Assembly (NCBI GenBank): GCA_951406725.2
Contig: OX597828.1
Coordinates: 30,504,001-30,568,000 of the forward strand
DNA length: 64,000 nt
Reading direction: 5' to 3'
Source of the DNA: Octopus vulgaris
Taxonomy: Eukaryota
Below the pieces are notes generated by a model. That model worked only from the letters and a program-made list of their open reading frames with translations. It searched no databases and had not been told where the DNA came from. Positions within the stretch are counted from its first letter, which is position 1. Every line of letters starts with the position of its first letter. Of this stretch, positions 28,868-43,732 are shown in pieces. The position numbers and the translations under genes were made by a program.

Positions 28868-30450
28868 CATCGACAATATCTTCATCTCTACTTGATAAGG
28901 ATATATGTCAAATTCAAAAGCCGTTCATACTATTTTTCTAAATGTAACATTTAACTCGAGCCAGAGTGTCTGACGCCAGTTCATGTTCCTTATATAAATT
29001 TCTTGCTGATTCGGTTATATCACTCCATAATTCAATTGTTAAAATTTTATTTGGCTTCATAGCATCAATGGCTGGACGGAAAACGAACAGTGACACTTAC
29101 TCTTACGAAACGAGGACACTTAGAGAAAGGAATTTAGAAATAAAAATTGATGTTTAGTAGGATATTAAAGTACCCCTGGGAAGAATTATTGCTTTATATG
29201 TTCATGAAACGATGTTCTTATTTTTTATGTAGTATAGAGCTGTTTATTTTATTGTCTCTTATTTTCGAAAATGTACCCAATGTGAGTAAAATCAGCAATA
29301 TATGTCATAATGTTTACATATAATCGATCTACAAGGTATACAGTATTAATTGAATTATTTTAAGTGGGTTTTGAGGCGAGTGTTGTCGATACTGTACGTA
29401 CATTTTTGTTGGTTGAAGATCGATTTTATCTACTATATTTATAGACGTCGAAAATCTATTTATTTATTTATTTTTTTTTGTTTTCAACAATTAGCAACAA
29501 ACATTTGCAATGTTCCTGTTATTGGAATATTCCCATTATAATTTTTGTTCCTAAATAAGTACAGCTTTCAATTTAATAATATAAGGCTTTCAATTTAATA
29601 ATGTCAAAGTTATTGTTCTAAACAGTTTCACTATGGGGCACTGTCCGCTCTAAAACGAGTTGCCGACATTTTGATCAGACAATCATTTAAAATTCGTAAT
29701 GCTATATATCAATTAATATATTTTCCAGTAATGTTAACCACCCCCTCACACACACACGTGTAAATATTTCGTGCAAAGAGGAAATTAAATGCCCTTTCCT
29801 ATCATGTCAATACCCACTTGATATTTGAGACAATAGTTGAAGTCAATGAATTAGTTTTCAAATTTAAAGGAACCTCGACATCGATACAGTTAGCATCAAA
29901 TTTCGTATTCGAAATGAGGTGAAATTAGGTGACACTAATGAGTTTGTTGGCGAGGCATCATTAAATCCACTACTTGTGTTAATCCTATATTATCTAACTT
30001 GACTTTAAATGTCACGCAATGTACGGTATACGACAAATAACTTCATTTTCTGCTGGGTTATGCACGGTATAGACCTCATGAAGCAGAACTATGATCAAAA
30101 CAAACCAGCGTTGAATTTACGATCTATTTCAAATGCTTTCTAGGTGTTAATTATGCAATGTTTGAATCCTCTTTAGAGATAAGAAATAGTTGTAGGATTA
30201 TTTTGTTTGTTTTTGAAACAAATCCGATAACCTCACAACTATTTCCATTATTGGCTCCAGACAATAACCACAAGAACAGTATTGGTATACCGTAAAAGAA
30301 CTAATCACTGAAGAGATCACTGACGTGTGAAGAAAGATTTCCAGACAATGAGCATCAGATAAAATAAGCTAAGAGCAATAATAAATGAGTGAGCAATGAA
30401 TATATGGAATGAGGTTTTATTCTGAAAAAGAAATGACTATCTCAATATCT

Positions 30451-30487
<37 letters not shown>

Positions 30488-30878
30488 GATTTCGACAAAT
30501 AAGTATAATTCAATTAGTGTGTTTAAAGGTTGCATAGAGCACCTGTACTATTTTTGCTACCTGTTGACATCCGCAGTTGTAGTACACATGCTTAGACATA
30601 CATCAGGAACTCCGAAGTGTCAGTTAGGGAAATAGTATTAATTAATAGTTGATGGAACTCCTATTAGACTTTTATTAGATACAACATATGTTGTTATATG
30701 CTTATCAAGTTCGGGGCTATACGCCCGAACTTTGATAGGCATATAACAACAAGCCAGCCGACACAAAAAAATCTCTAGCGAGACATCTTTAACAATGTAG
30801 CTGAAGAGACACATACTGATGGGTCGAAGCATATGTTGTACCTAATAAATGTCAAATACGAAATCCATCTACTACTAC

Positions 30879-30926
<48 letters not shown>

Positions 30927-30928
<2 letters not shown>

Positions 30929-31135
30929 TCTTACTCTTTTACTCTTTTACTTGTTTCAGTCATTTGACAGTGGTCATGCTGGAGCACCGCCTTTAGTCGA
31001 TCACATCGATCCTAGGACTTACTCTTTGTAAGCTTAGTACTTAATCTATCGGTCTCTTTTGCCGAACCGCTAAGTAACGGGGACATAAACACACCAGCAT
31101 CGGTTGTCAAGCGATGTTGGGGGGGACAAACACAT
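30927..31135 (-). mobile_element. 3' half of the 13447-family SINE
   Basis: ctcttttactcttttacttgtttcagtcattt...ggagcaccgccttta is the reverse complement of the family tail. Confidence 0.88.
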
Positions 31136-31140
31136 ACACA

Positions 31141-31241
<101 letters not shown>

Positions 31242-31244
31242 TTT

Positions 31245-31494
31245 TAGGACATTAATCGTTATGGACGTTCAGTGAGTGCGCATTCGTGTCACAACTGTAA
31301 GGCGCTTAACCGTACAGACAATTAGAGAGACCCTTATCATCGAAGGCGCATAATCGCTCTACCTCGAGGGAGATGGTGAAGAGGTTGTGCTTCTTCGGCC
31401 TTTTGAGTTTGTCCAGTCGCTCTTTTCAGCAAAGCGCTTAATAGGTGTGCCGCCAATGGTCAATCTCTGATTAGCTACAACGATTAACTTCCTA
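31245..31494. mobile_element. Small MITE-like element with degenerate ~30-bp TIRs
   Basis: taggacattaatcgttatgg versus the reverse complement of the right end, taggaagttaatcgttgtag. Confidence 0.55.
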
Positions 31495-31765
31495 AAATAT
31501 ATATGCTTGTGTGTGTATTTCTGTCTGAGTTTGTGTGTGTATGTGTGTGCGCAGGTATGTCCGTGTATATACGTGTATGGTTTTCTTTCGTTCCAACTTA
31601 CAAAAACCACTTTGAAAACTGTGGTCTGATCGGGTCTATAGGTATTTGCAGTCACACCAAATGTCAGACAGTGGGTGCCAACCCGGAACCTTGAAGTCGG
31701 TAAGCAAATATCTTACAATACGACTACACACACACACACACACAGACACACACACAGACACACAT

Positions 31766-31799
<34 letters not shown>

Positions 31800-31800
<1 letters not shown>

Positions 31801-31972
31801 CATACATAGATAATTGAAATAAACGGACAATTAAAATAACAAAGAAAAAACAAAGCGACGAACGCTCGGTGAAAGGAGAGATTTGTCGTTAACGTTTCGA
31901 GCATCGCCCTTAGTCGGAAACAGGAAAGTCCAAAGAGAAAGAAGGGAAAATCGCCAATAGTCCACTGCGGTA
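31800..31972 (-). mobile_element. Short PLE-type mini-element with degenerate hammerhead, between microsatellites
   Basis: ttt-CCGACTA-a-gggc(gat)gctc-GAAA-cg-TT-aac at 31920-31888. Confidence 0.5.
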
Positions 31973-32900
31973 TATATATGCATACATATATAAATATATA
32001 TGATGATGTTCATGATGGACTCTCCCGTTGGTTTCGACCAAAGGGGATCTGAAATCCTATTGTTTCTTTGTCGGTCGCAATGCTTATGCTGAATATGACA
32101 TTAGCATGACTCTGATTGGACACATTTAAAAAATATTTGACACATCGTTTAATCCCTTCGTTTCTTTTCCATGTATTTTTCAGGTGATGCTACTTTCTAG
32201 GCTCCGAAGGCATATTTTACAACAATTTCTTTTCATGGGGTTGACGCCCCGCAAACAAATTGGACTGTTATTTGAGTTAAAAGACCCACAAAATAATAGT
32301 TCCCTCTTCGCGCAAAGGGGTATAACAGTTCAAACTGCCAACAACACAGTAATACAAATATTACACGAACACAATACATCAAACCAACAATAACACATTT
32401 TTTTTTACACCGCATTTGAATAAATTTAGCCAAACGACTAAAAACGGTAAACCTTCTTGTGGCTGCCATCATACTGGTAGCTACCGTCGTATTAATAAAG
32501 CAGAATCATGTGTTCCTAATAAACAGCTCGTATGCAAATGATCTCATGTTTGCTATGAGCAGAAGAATCTAAAGCGTGAGGAATTGTAATTATAACTACA
32601 AACTTTATTCAATTCCCTTGTGGATCTAATTCGATAGATTTTTAGAAATGTACAGTGAAATTTATGGCTACAGGAGGGGATCGCGTCTGAAAACCTATTT
32701 AACATATAGGCGTTATATAATTTAAGGATCATATACGATTCTCTTACACACATTCTACACCTTTCAGAACCATTACCATATGGGGGAGCCCTCGCAATTA
32801 TGGAGCATGTCAGGTCATAAGGCCCACCACATCGTCGACCAGATGGAGTATATTACACACACCGATGCATACACAAACACTCACACACACGCATACACAC

Positions 32901-32933
<33 letters not shown>

Positions 32934-33479
32934 TAAAAAAATCTTCAATAAAGCTAGTATATCCCTTTGATTATCCCATTCCCATACTTTTAGAAGGGAC
33001 AGGCGTTTGTGGAAAATATTCATTATTTGTATTTGTACCATTAACAATTACATTATGCATAGCAACTATGAACACGTTCCTTCTTCAATTTTCTTTTTAA
33101 AACTTATTTTGTTATGTTTATTATCAGTAGTAATCGAATAATATATTTAGTAATATTGTTGCCGTTGTAATTTATACTTACAGTTCACTCGAATGTAACT
33201 AATGATTTTTCCAACTATCACTGACTGTTATGTTTGTGCCATTACAAGATCTCTAATCTCTGCTGTCGAAAATTAAGCTCAATTATATAACTCGGTTTAT
33301 TAATATATTTTTAAACGTTCATATTATAAAGTGTAAATAAATCACAGACATCTTCACGCTTCAAATTAGGAAAATATAACATGGCAATTTAATTTGAAAT
33401 ATTTGTAATTCATTGAGATAACTCAGTCTAGTCAATTAGAATATAAGATAAGATATATTTAGAAAACTATAAATTAACA

Positions 33480-33900
33480 GCAGTGTATAAGAAAAATAGA
33501 CTATAAATATAGTGATTCTGTTTTTAATAAGAGAGTTCAATATTTTTGCCCTACAGAAGTTTACAAATTTCAGGAATTGCATACACTTTCGAGTTGCTAT
33601 GGTATGAATAATATGGTGTATTTCAACAACTGTCATGATTAGCTGAATATGTGTAAACAGAGGCAAAAGTAATTTGCACAAAAACGGGCAATAAGATTTT
33701 AAAAAAAGATTAGTAGTTTATTTCAATATAATATCCCCTGTAATTTCCGTCCGTACACTGAGAGATTTATGCAATATAAATGCAACAGTATCATTGTCAG
33801 TAGATCTTGTAGAAAATGATATACGTTTGTTTATTAATATAGTTACAACCCATTTCACTAAATCATTGGTATTACAATATATATATATAAAGAGAGAAAC
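33480..33900 (-). mobile_element. Possible highly eroded PLE GIY-YIG fragment
   Basis: YIYCNTNDL...NKRISFSTRST and KVYAIPEICKL patches resemble the endonuclease of the 52800 element. Confidence 0.25.
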
Positions 33901-33974
33901 TGAATTTCTTTTTTCCGTAATGCACTTCAGCATATGGATTGCAGTATATCCATTACCATATAAACAATTTTAAA

Positions 33975-34205
33975 GGCGGCGAGCTGGCAGAATCGTTAGC
34001 ACGCCGGGCGAAATGCGTAGCCGTATTTCGTCTGCCGTTACGTTCTGAGTTCAAATTCCACCAAGGTCGACTTTGCCTTTCATCCTTTCGGGGTCGATAA
34101 ATTAAGTATCAGTTACACACAGGGGTCGATGTAATCGACTTAATCCGTTTGTCTGTCCTTGTTTTTCCTCTCTGTGTTTAGCCCCTTGTGAGTAGTAAAG
34201 AAATA
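33975..34205 (+). mobile_element. tRNA-SINE (Nin/Deu-like family) with 13-bp TSD
   Basis: Same body as 18279; catataaacaatt at 33957-33969 and 34206-34218. Confidence 0.92.
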
Positions 34206-35124
34206 CATATAAACAATTGAAATGTCATCCTTGTCTATTGCTTCTATAACATTTGTCTGTCTGTCTGTCTGGGTACATATCGTTTATTCATGTCCTGGCA
34301 GTTAAAGCATTCAGTATATTTAATTACAACTGTTTAGTACTTCTGCTTTAGTAAGTGTAGCCGGTTATTGCGAGTAGATGTAGTTCACGTATATGTAATT
34401 TTTCAATCTTACTGGAGATTTGTGAATCCGTATATACAGCTCGATCGAATTTATGTCCATTTTTTTAAACTTTTAAATAACTAATGAAGTTAATTTTCTA
34501 AACCGAAAATCCATCGCTGATATCTAAGTAGAATTGAATAAATTGGTTCCAGGAAAAGTAGGCGCGAAGTAATTTCCAGACAAAAAATACATAATTAGAC
34601 CTACAGACGTTTAGGCACAGTTTAAACTGTTTGAATAATCATAATGTATATATTTATACATCTATCTATTAAAGCAATATTATTTTAGACGTATATTTTC
34701 TGTGATGAATTTTTGACGTAATTTTCCTAAAAATCTAAGAGTTTGTCAAACAAATTACAATTTCCGCACCTCTTGCACCATGTAAACTCGCAAGTATACG
34801 AATCAGCCATAGAACTGCGTCGTTTATTTCTTCGCCTTACAGAGGTCCATGTGCTTTCCACTTGTTTTGTTCGAGTTAACAGACCGAACGTTGTGGTCCA
34901 CGATAGTCACACAGGAGTAAACAGGTTACGGAACAGCTTGGCTTTTTCTATGGAAGCAATTAAGCAATTAATAGCTTTTAAAATTATAGCCAATCGAAAG
35001 CTATTAATTGCTTAATTATTTCATTTCCATAATTACCATACAAAACTACATCAATAAACCAAATTTGAAATCAAATGGAACAACATTGAAGCAACTGAAA
35101 AGTGAAAGGTAATATATATACGTA

Positions 35125-35320
35125 TGTGTGCATGTGTTTGTACCCCCACCATCGTCTGACATCCGATTTTGTGTTTACATCCTCGTAACTTAGCCGTTTC
35201 GCAAACCACACCGATAGAAGTACTAGGCTTACAAAGTATAAATCCTGGGGTCGATTTGTTCAACGGTAAGCGGTGCTCCAGCATCGCCTCATCTATATGA
35301 CCGATATAAGTAGAACAGTA
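35125..35320 (+). mobile_element. 3' half of the 13447-family SINE (older copy)
   Basis: cgtaacttagccgtttcg...ccgatagaagtactaggcttacaaag...gcggtgctccagcat. Confidence 0.75.
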
Positions 35321-35541
35321 AAAAACTATGGCGTTTTAATCCCGAGACATGCTGGGTATCTTTGCTAGTATATATTATTTTTGAAAACATGAATAGAAAC
35401 GTCTTTTCCGCTCCACTAATTATATGTTTATATGTACAAATGGTGATTGATAGTCTCCTGGTTAAAAGCGGTTTTGAAACTATTGTGGGTTATTATTCAC
35501 AGTTTGAATAAGGAGTGTTTAATGAGAAACGTACATATATA

Positions 35542-35606
35542 GGCACAAATGTGGCTGTGTAGCTTGGCACCTTGGGCAGGTGTCGGAAACTGAAAGAAGC
35601 CTGACC

Positions 35607-35641
<35 letters not shown>

Positions 35642-35808
35642 TTGTTTATATACATACTTATATGTTTGTGAGTCTGTGTTTGTACCCGCACCCTTACTTG
35701 ATAACAGCTGTTGTTGTGTTTACGTCCACGTAACCTAGCGGTTCGGCAAAAGGAACCGATGGTATAAGTACTAGGCTTACAAAGGATAAGTCCTGAGGTC
35801 GATTTCGT
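35542..35808 (+). mobile_element. Internally deleted 13447-family SINE
   Basis: gtggctgtgtag...ggcaccttgggcag...ggaaactgaaagaagcc...agtactaggcttacaaag. Confidence 0.75.
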
Positions 35809-36003
35809 ACACACCTAAACAGTCACACGCACCCAAACAAACACACATTCATATAGCCATACATAAACATATACATAACGAGGTACACACATACACACGT
35901 ACAAACACATAAATCATATGATCTTACATATACATACAGGCTGAGTAACACAAACACACACGTATACATACATTTATTCACGTATATTCATACAAATACA
36001 TAC

Positions 36004-36423
36004 GCGCAGGAGTGGCTGTATAGTAAATAGCTTGCTTACCAACCACATGGTTCCGGGTTAAGTTCCACTACGTGACACCTTGGGCAAATGTCTTTTACTG
36101 TAGCCCTGGGCTGACCAAAGCTTTCTGAGTGGAGTTGGTCGATGGAAATTGAAAGAAGCCCGTCGTATACATACATACATTCATACATACATACATACAT
36201 GCATACATACATATATATCTTTTTTCTCTTTTGCTTGTTTCGGTAATCTGACTGCGGCCTGCTGGAGCATCGTCTCTAGTCGAGCAAATCAATCCCGGGA
36301 CTTACTCTTTCGAAGCCTAGTACTTATTCTAACGGTCCCTTTTGCCGAACCGCTAAGTGAGGGAACATAATCACAGCAGCATCGGTTGTCAAGCAATACT
36401 AGGGGGACAATACAGACACACAA

Positions 36424-36492
<69 letters not shown>

Positions 36493-36780
36493 CGACGGGC
36501 TTCTTTCAGTTTCCGTTTAACACATCCACTCAGGCGGCTTTGGTCAGCCCGAAGCTATTGTAGAAAAAAGCTGCCACGCAGTGGGACTGAACCCGGAACA
36601 ATGTTGTTGGTAAGCATTGTAACGGATGCTGGTGTGTTTATATCACCGTAACTTAGTGGCTCGGCTAAAGAGAACGATAGAATAAATACTAGGCTTACAA
36701 AGAATACGTCCTGAGGTCGACTAAAGGCGGTAGTGCTCCAGCATGGCCGCAGTGAAATGACTGAAACAGATAAGAGAGTA
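36004..36780 (+). mobile_element. 13447-family SINE interrupted by an antisense copy of the same family
   Basis: Plus-strand head 36004-36167, minus-strand copy ~36217-36615, plus-strand tail ~36622-36780. Confidence 0.8.
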
Positions 36781-36949
36781 TATACGTACGTAAAAGGTGT
36801 GGTGGGAAGGAGATTTTTAATTAGATCAGAAATAAAGAAAGGCGTTTTTTGGAATTAGTTGATTAATAACAAAAGTAGCTGCCAACAAGTCTACTCACCT
36901 ATGCAGTCACAAACTGAGATGCTTAGTTCACACGCATTGTGCACATACA

Positions 36950-37307
36950 TATACATTAATAACTAGACACACAGACATACTCACACACACACACACACAT
37001 ACACATATATATACGCACAAACACACACATATATATACATATATACACTCACAAACACGCACAGGCACATAGACACACACGTATATATACAAATATGTGT
37101 ATGTGGGGATATACCTCTCTACCTACCTATCTCTCTGTCTGTATGTACGTCTGTCTCTCAATGTATGTATGCCTGTGTATGCGTATATGTATATATAAAT
37201 GTGGATGTATATATTTATATATCCACATTTATAACTATATATACGCATATATAACCACATTCATTTATACATAAGCGAATATCTATATCTACATTTATAT
37301 ATATAAT

Positions 37308-37346
<39 letters not shown>

Positions 37347-37466
37347 TTAGATATAGATATACATATACATATACTTATACGCATATATACATGTATCTAC
37401 ATTTATATATGCATATACGAATATATATCCACATTCATATATACATAGGCGAATATATATATCTAC

Positions 37467-37548
<82 letters not shown>

Positions 37549-37723
37549 GTAGATATACATATACATATACACATATATACATGTATCTACATTTATATAT
37601 GCATATACGTATATAAATATATATGTATATATATATATATATATATATTTATTGCTAAAACGGTAAGATAACAAAAGAAAGAGATTTATCTTGACTATCG
37701 AGTAATGTAACATATTATTTTAT

Positions 37724-37769
<46 letters not shown>

Positions 37770-37788
37770 ACATTTATATATACATATA

Positions 37789-37836
<48 letters not shown>

Positions 37837-37850
37837 CATACACACATTTA
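36950..37850. repeat. Compound TA/CA/GATA microsatellite field with duplicated 50-70 bp units
   Basis: atatatacatgtatctacatttatatatgcatatacg occurs near 37383 and near 37573. Confidence 0.85.
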
Positions 37851-38607
37851 TCGTTTCATGCGTAAGTACATACTTGTATATAATCAGTGCAGATTCTTGA
37901 ACATATTTTTACAATCCCACGAATATTTTTATGATTCTGTTTAAGAATAAATATTCTTTGATGAAACGAAATGTGATCTACCGAAGTTCAAAATGTTTTA
38001 CCTAGACACGTCTCCGCATATGTCCAGGAATGGCCGTAAGACCTTTTCTATTTATAGGATTCATTTGTGGACTTCCACTCGGACTTCGGCTTGGATTTCT
38101 TAAATTATCAGTACTTATTTTACTTAACTAATTCTTTTTTTGCTCTCATCTACACTTCCTCCTGTGAAGCTGGTTCATCTGGGACACTTGACAGTAAGAA
38201 GTCCAGTTTCGTTTAGAAATCACCTACATTCTTCCCATGTATATCTCTCAGACCTCCGTGAGGATATTGAAGAGACGAGAGAAATAACCAACAATTGAAG
38301 AAGGGTCATTGTTTACGCTGTTTGTTTCGTTTTCCATTTGTGCTTTCGTTTTCGAAAGAATAGTTCATGTTACATGTCCCCAGGCTTTGTATTTTTTGTA
38401 CACGTTTCATGACGTCCTGTACACACATATGCATATATATATACATATATATATATATATACACGTATAGACGTATGCACATATACGCATGTAGATGTCC
38501 ATAAATATATATTATTTATATTATCTTATGATTGAACGCGACGAATCCTCTTCGAAGTAAGTTTTATATATGTATGTATATATGCAGGTATATATATATA
38601 TATACAG

Positions 38608-38775
<168 letters not shown>

Positions 38776-38844
38776 TATTTATATATATATTTATCAAAAC
38801 ACTGGCATAATCAGGTGCTTACAGTTATCAAGTATTCACCCTGA

Positions 38845-38883
<39 letters not shown>

Positions 38884-40300
38884 GTCCGGATGTTTTGTTG
38901 CCCTCCGTTGCGTTTTTTCTCCATTTACATATATATATATATATATATAACACACACACACTCCCACACACATATAACAAATTTTAAAAAAAGGTGGATT
39001 ATTAACATTTAGAACCTGAAGAGAAAATTAACAGAGGTCACAAAATTGTCGGAGTGCACTGACTAGCACCACATTTGCTAAAAATAACAGTTACAACAAC
39101 TCAAAAAGCCACAAATGCACTGTGTCACTATATATATATATATATGTATATATGTATATATATATTTTTTTCCATTATTAAGCGGTTGGTATAGGAGGAT
39201 TTCTGAATTACATGATTTCTAAGATAATTTACAAATTAGCCATGATGCCTCAAACTTTCTCTCCAAATTAATACAATATACTAACCGATGGAAATGAATA
39301 ATTTAGATATTTCCAATTTTAACTACTAATAATTTACACGCATATAATGATTCGTCTTCCTGGAGGTTTTCATATGTATCGGTGACCTTATTGATTTGTT
39401 TCTGCTGTATTATGTTAAACATGGTCTTATTTTGCAAATAAATTTGCTCAATGATAAGCAAATTTATTTAAATCGAGCATAACTTTCTATGCTGCCTATG
39501 AATAACTTGCTTTAGTCAAATTAGGTTTTAAGATTTACGTAGTATTTTATTGGTCGGTCGATGATATTATGGCCTGCCTGGAAAGGTAAAAATATATAGG
39601 AATTTTTGTACAAGTATATACCGTGTGTTTCACAATTAATTAATTTGCATCGAACAAACAGTTTTTTGTAAGATCCATTATTTTTCTGAAGATTTCGCAG
39701 TCATTAATCATTTTTGATAGCATTTCAACATGTTCTCTTCATGTTACTCTTGACATTAATTATAATTTACAAACATAGTTTGAAATTGGTGCATGTATAT
39801 ACACACACATGCGCGCGTAATGGCTCGCAAACACACACACGTAAACACACACACTCATACATATATACATACATGCATATATATACATATAAAGAAATAT
39901 ATATTTTTTCATATATATATATATATGTGTGTGTGTGCGTGTGTGTTTGTGTGTGTATGTATGTATGGATACAATTTAGAGAATGTAACTGTATTCTTGA
40001 TAGGAAGTCATCCAGATTTACTTCTGTTCTCAGAAGATGAATAGCCGAGGCAAAATTAACTGTGAAGCAGAAATGAGTGTCCAATTCGCCTTATAAGAGA
40101 TCAATCACAAACTACGTATTACATATATAATCTAAAGATGCCCACACATATAAATACATAAGATATGTATGTGCACACATACACAAGTATATATACGTGT
40201 ATACGTGTATATATATATATGTGTGTGTGTGTATGTATATGTATATATTTATATGTATACGTATATATATGTATATACATATTTACATATATACATACGT

Positions 40301-40343
<43 letters not shown>

Positions 40344-41249
40344 TTCACATACATGGGAATAAGCAAACAGACATATGCACAGATGTCTTTATGCAACCGT
40401 AGTCATGTCTGTTATTTCATATATTTAACATGCAATTGGTTCATCTATATATTACTAAGATTCTGTGATTACTTGATTGCGTGCTTTGTTGCTTGCGTGC
40501 TTGTCTGTAATTTAATACAACCAAATCAGTACATAATGGGAAAATACTCTGAATGTAAGAAACCCCTGAAATGTGAATACAGACTGAATAAAAGAAATCG
40601 AATCGTGGGCTCTCGAAATCGAATCGTGGGCATTTTTGGTGTGTTTCTTTCCACAATTTTAAGCAGGGAAACCTGGAATTATTACTCTTAACCGTGAGCA
40701 CCTGTATAGTTTTGTTTGTCTGCTTCCTTGCGTGCAAGCGTGTCTGTAAATTAATAGTCAAACCGGGGCATAATGGGAAATACTCTGAAAGTAAGGTATC
40801 GATGAAAACACAATAAGAAGTATTTCGCGTATATCGGACCATGGGTTTCCGAAATACATAGTTTTTTCGGGTGCTTTGAATTATTGGTGACCTAATGGGT
40901 CATGGGTAGCCTTTGATGAAAGCAGCATTAATTTTCCAGGTCATTCAATTTGTCTCAACTGATTGAGTAAACTTATAAATAACAAACCCATAATAACTAC
41001 TTGAAACAGCTGTAAATCAAATTTACTACAATAAAGAAAATTATGTAATGACAATTATTTATAACACCAGTACAACTTGAAGATAGTCATGGTTTTACTA
41101 TATACACTGTTGATGAACGATAACCTAGGACATCGCCACAAGAATATGCGGAATTCTTTTCTTTTGTAAACAATATTTTTATATACTATCAGATATTCTA
41201 TCAGAAAGCTTACAAAGCCTTTTTCTCGGCTTGATAATGCCTCACATAT

Positions 41250-41294
<45 letters not shown>

Positions 41295-41328
41295 TCTCTT
41301 CCTTTCTCTCTGATTCTTATATATATAT

Positions 41329-41376
<48 letters not shown>

Positions 41377-41377
41377 G

Positions 41378-41522
41378 TTTACTCTTTACTCTTTTACTCT
41401 TTTACTCTTTTACTCTTTTACTTCTTTCAGTCATTTGAGTGTGGCCATGTTGGACCACCGCCTTTAGTCGAAGAAATCGAACCCATGACTTATTCTTTGT
41501 AAGCCTAGTACTTATTCTCTCG
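41378..41522 (-). mobile_element. 3' end of the 13447-family SINE with expanded (TTTTACTC)n tail
   Basis: Five or more 8-bp tail units followed by tcagtcattt...ccgccttta. Confidence 0.85.
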
Positions 41523-41639
41523 CAATATTGAGGCAATTTTCAGTTGCATACCTCCTTTGTTCTATAATAGAGCATGTCTGCTCCAGTCTATATCGTTTCT
41601 AAGTAATCTAGCCCCATTCATTGACTTATAATAAGACAA

Positions 41640-42010
41640 TTATGGAATATTTCGGTGTTTTACAATTCAAAACAAAAGGTGGAGTTGAATAAACCTCAGG
41701 AATTTGACAAAATTGCAGTGATGCGACACCCAGCATATGGTCTGGGCCTAGCTTCCTCGGATAATTACTTTTTCAAATTCATGTCTCACTTGCTGCCCTC
41801 CCGATGCTTTATCCTCCAAGAGAAGATAGAAGCTTCAGTGAGGAAGAATTTGTATGAACTTGTAATCAACGAACTGGCAGAAAGGTGTCGTTATGCGGTG
41901 AAAGAGGATGGCCTCCACTTTGAATGCGAGGTTATTTTTGAGGTAAATCGATGAGTAAAGCAAATACATCTCCAAACCGTTGCAAAGTTCTTAATGTAAG
42001 ACGGCGATTG
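41640..42010 (+). mobile_element. Degenerate mariner C-terminal fragment
   Basis: HPAYGLGLASSDNYFF (PYSPDLAPSDYxLF-like) and INELAERC...EDGLHFE. Confidence 0.7.
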
Positions 42011-42474
42011 TATAAACGTTAATTCGTCCTTTCAGTATGATTAGAGTTGAAGGCCAAACTATATTTAAAAAGAAATCACATGTGTGACAATGTACCTTTT
42101 GGGTCACGTGATTCAGCATAATTATTCATATCCTGCTACATGCTTGTTTCAATTTCGATGAAGTATACTCATTTGTCTGCGTTCGGCGTATTTTCCGCGT
42201 GCATGCTGTCGAGCAATATCTTATGCGTGGCTTTCAGTTCCAACGTGCAATTGCTTCATCCATGAGTGTTACATATATACTGAGGCGTTGAATTTGATTT
42301 TCTTTACAGTAACTGATTCTCTTAACATTAATTGTGATCTCTAAATGTGTTTGTTTTATCCATTCGGGTCTTGAAATATACTTCAGCATAATAACAATCG
42401 GTAATCAGAGGTTAGTGTACATTTGTTAGGAAAATATAGATCTTCTGGATTGCAGATATCAGATATCAGAGAGC

Positions 42475-42509
<35 letters not shown>

Positions 42510-42628
42510 AGATGCAATGCATTAAATTCAGTTCACTTTACATATACCTTTCATATGGAATAATCACAGTTTCACTTTGCTGCGACAAGGGAGTGTCTTT
42601 GTGCAAATATTGCAAACCAGGTACAAAA

Positions 42629-42669
<41 letters not shown>

Positions 42670-42711
42670 CATGTTACATTTAAACTGGTGAAACTGACAG
42701 CTGAATATTAC

Positions 42712-43431
42712 TATGTAGGTGAGTCAAAACGTAATGCCATTTTCTTTATATCATGTGGAGTTTTTGATAAACATAAATGAAAATTTTACCAGTTATAAAT
42801 GATTATATCATATACGTTCTGAAATATGTTGTTTCTTACTTTTCAGGTTTTTAGACTGCTAAGGAAAATCCACAATGGCCGCCCACTTATTGTTACATCA
42901 AAAACAAAGAGCAGTGATTGAATTTCTTGTTGCTGAGGGGAAAACCCCTGTGAACATCATTGACGATTATAAAATGTATTTTAGGACAATACTTTACATT
43001 ATAGCAATGTATGCAGGTGGCTCCGTCGTCTGAAAGATGAAAAGGTGGGAACTGTAAGTGTAGCTGATAAACCCCGTTCTGGCCGTCCGTCTGCTTCTGT
43101 AAATCCTGCCAATACTCACCCGATTTAGTGCCTTCATACATTCATGTCTTGGGTTCCATGAAAGAGGGTTTGAGAGGCAAACATTATTCCAAAGACGAGG
43201 AAGTGAAAACTGTAGTGAAGAAGTGGCTCAAAGAACAGTCAACAGAATTTTACGGGATACCTACTCTCATTTGAAGGTGGAACATTGCTACTGGGAGAAA
43301 CGGTGATTATGTTTCTCTAAGGATGTGATCCACAGAGGACCAGCTTCCTTTTGATGCGTGATATATGATCCTGTGTTGGTAAGTATAACTGCCCTAAACC
43401 AAATGGCATTACATTTCGACTCATCCTCGTA
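42712..43431 (+). mobile_element. Non-autonomous mariner deletion derivative with both TIRs and TA termini
   Basis: Left tatgtaggtgagtcaaaacgtaatgccattt versus reverse complement of right end tacgaggatgagtcgaaatgtaatgccattt; KQRAVIEFL N-terminus fused to YSPDLVPS...KEGLRGKHY C-terminus. Confidence 0.88.
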
Positions 43432-43732
43432 ATTCAACTAATTTACGGTGTATGTTGAAGAGACAAAGATCCAATTTCCTAAGAATAGATTAATAGTTCT
43501 CATTTTCTGTCGAGTTCACAGACAAACACTATGCAAAAGAATATTTCCTTTCATACATTTACTCTTATACTTTTATACTTATTTCAATTTTTCATTTTTT
43601 TCTCCGCCCTCAAATGAAGAAGTTAATTTTCAATAGCAAGAATAACTTCATCGAAATTTCGGTCGGCAGCACAGAGAGCAATGTTTAAACTACAATTAAG
43701 TTCAGTTGTCACCTCATACAGTTTTTTGTCCC

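Noticed and set aside
30308-30345. CTGAAGA...GAAA spacing
   Set aside because: Stems I-III do not pair convincingly.
31363-31491. Apparent 129-nt minus-strand exon with AG/GT boundaries
   Set aside because: The acceptor lies inside the terminal inverted repeat of a MITE-like element, and the peptide is not recognisable.
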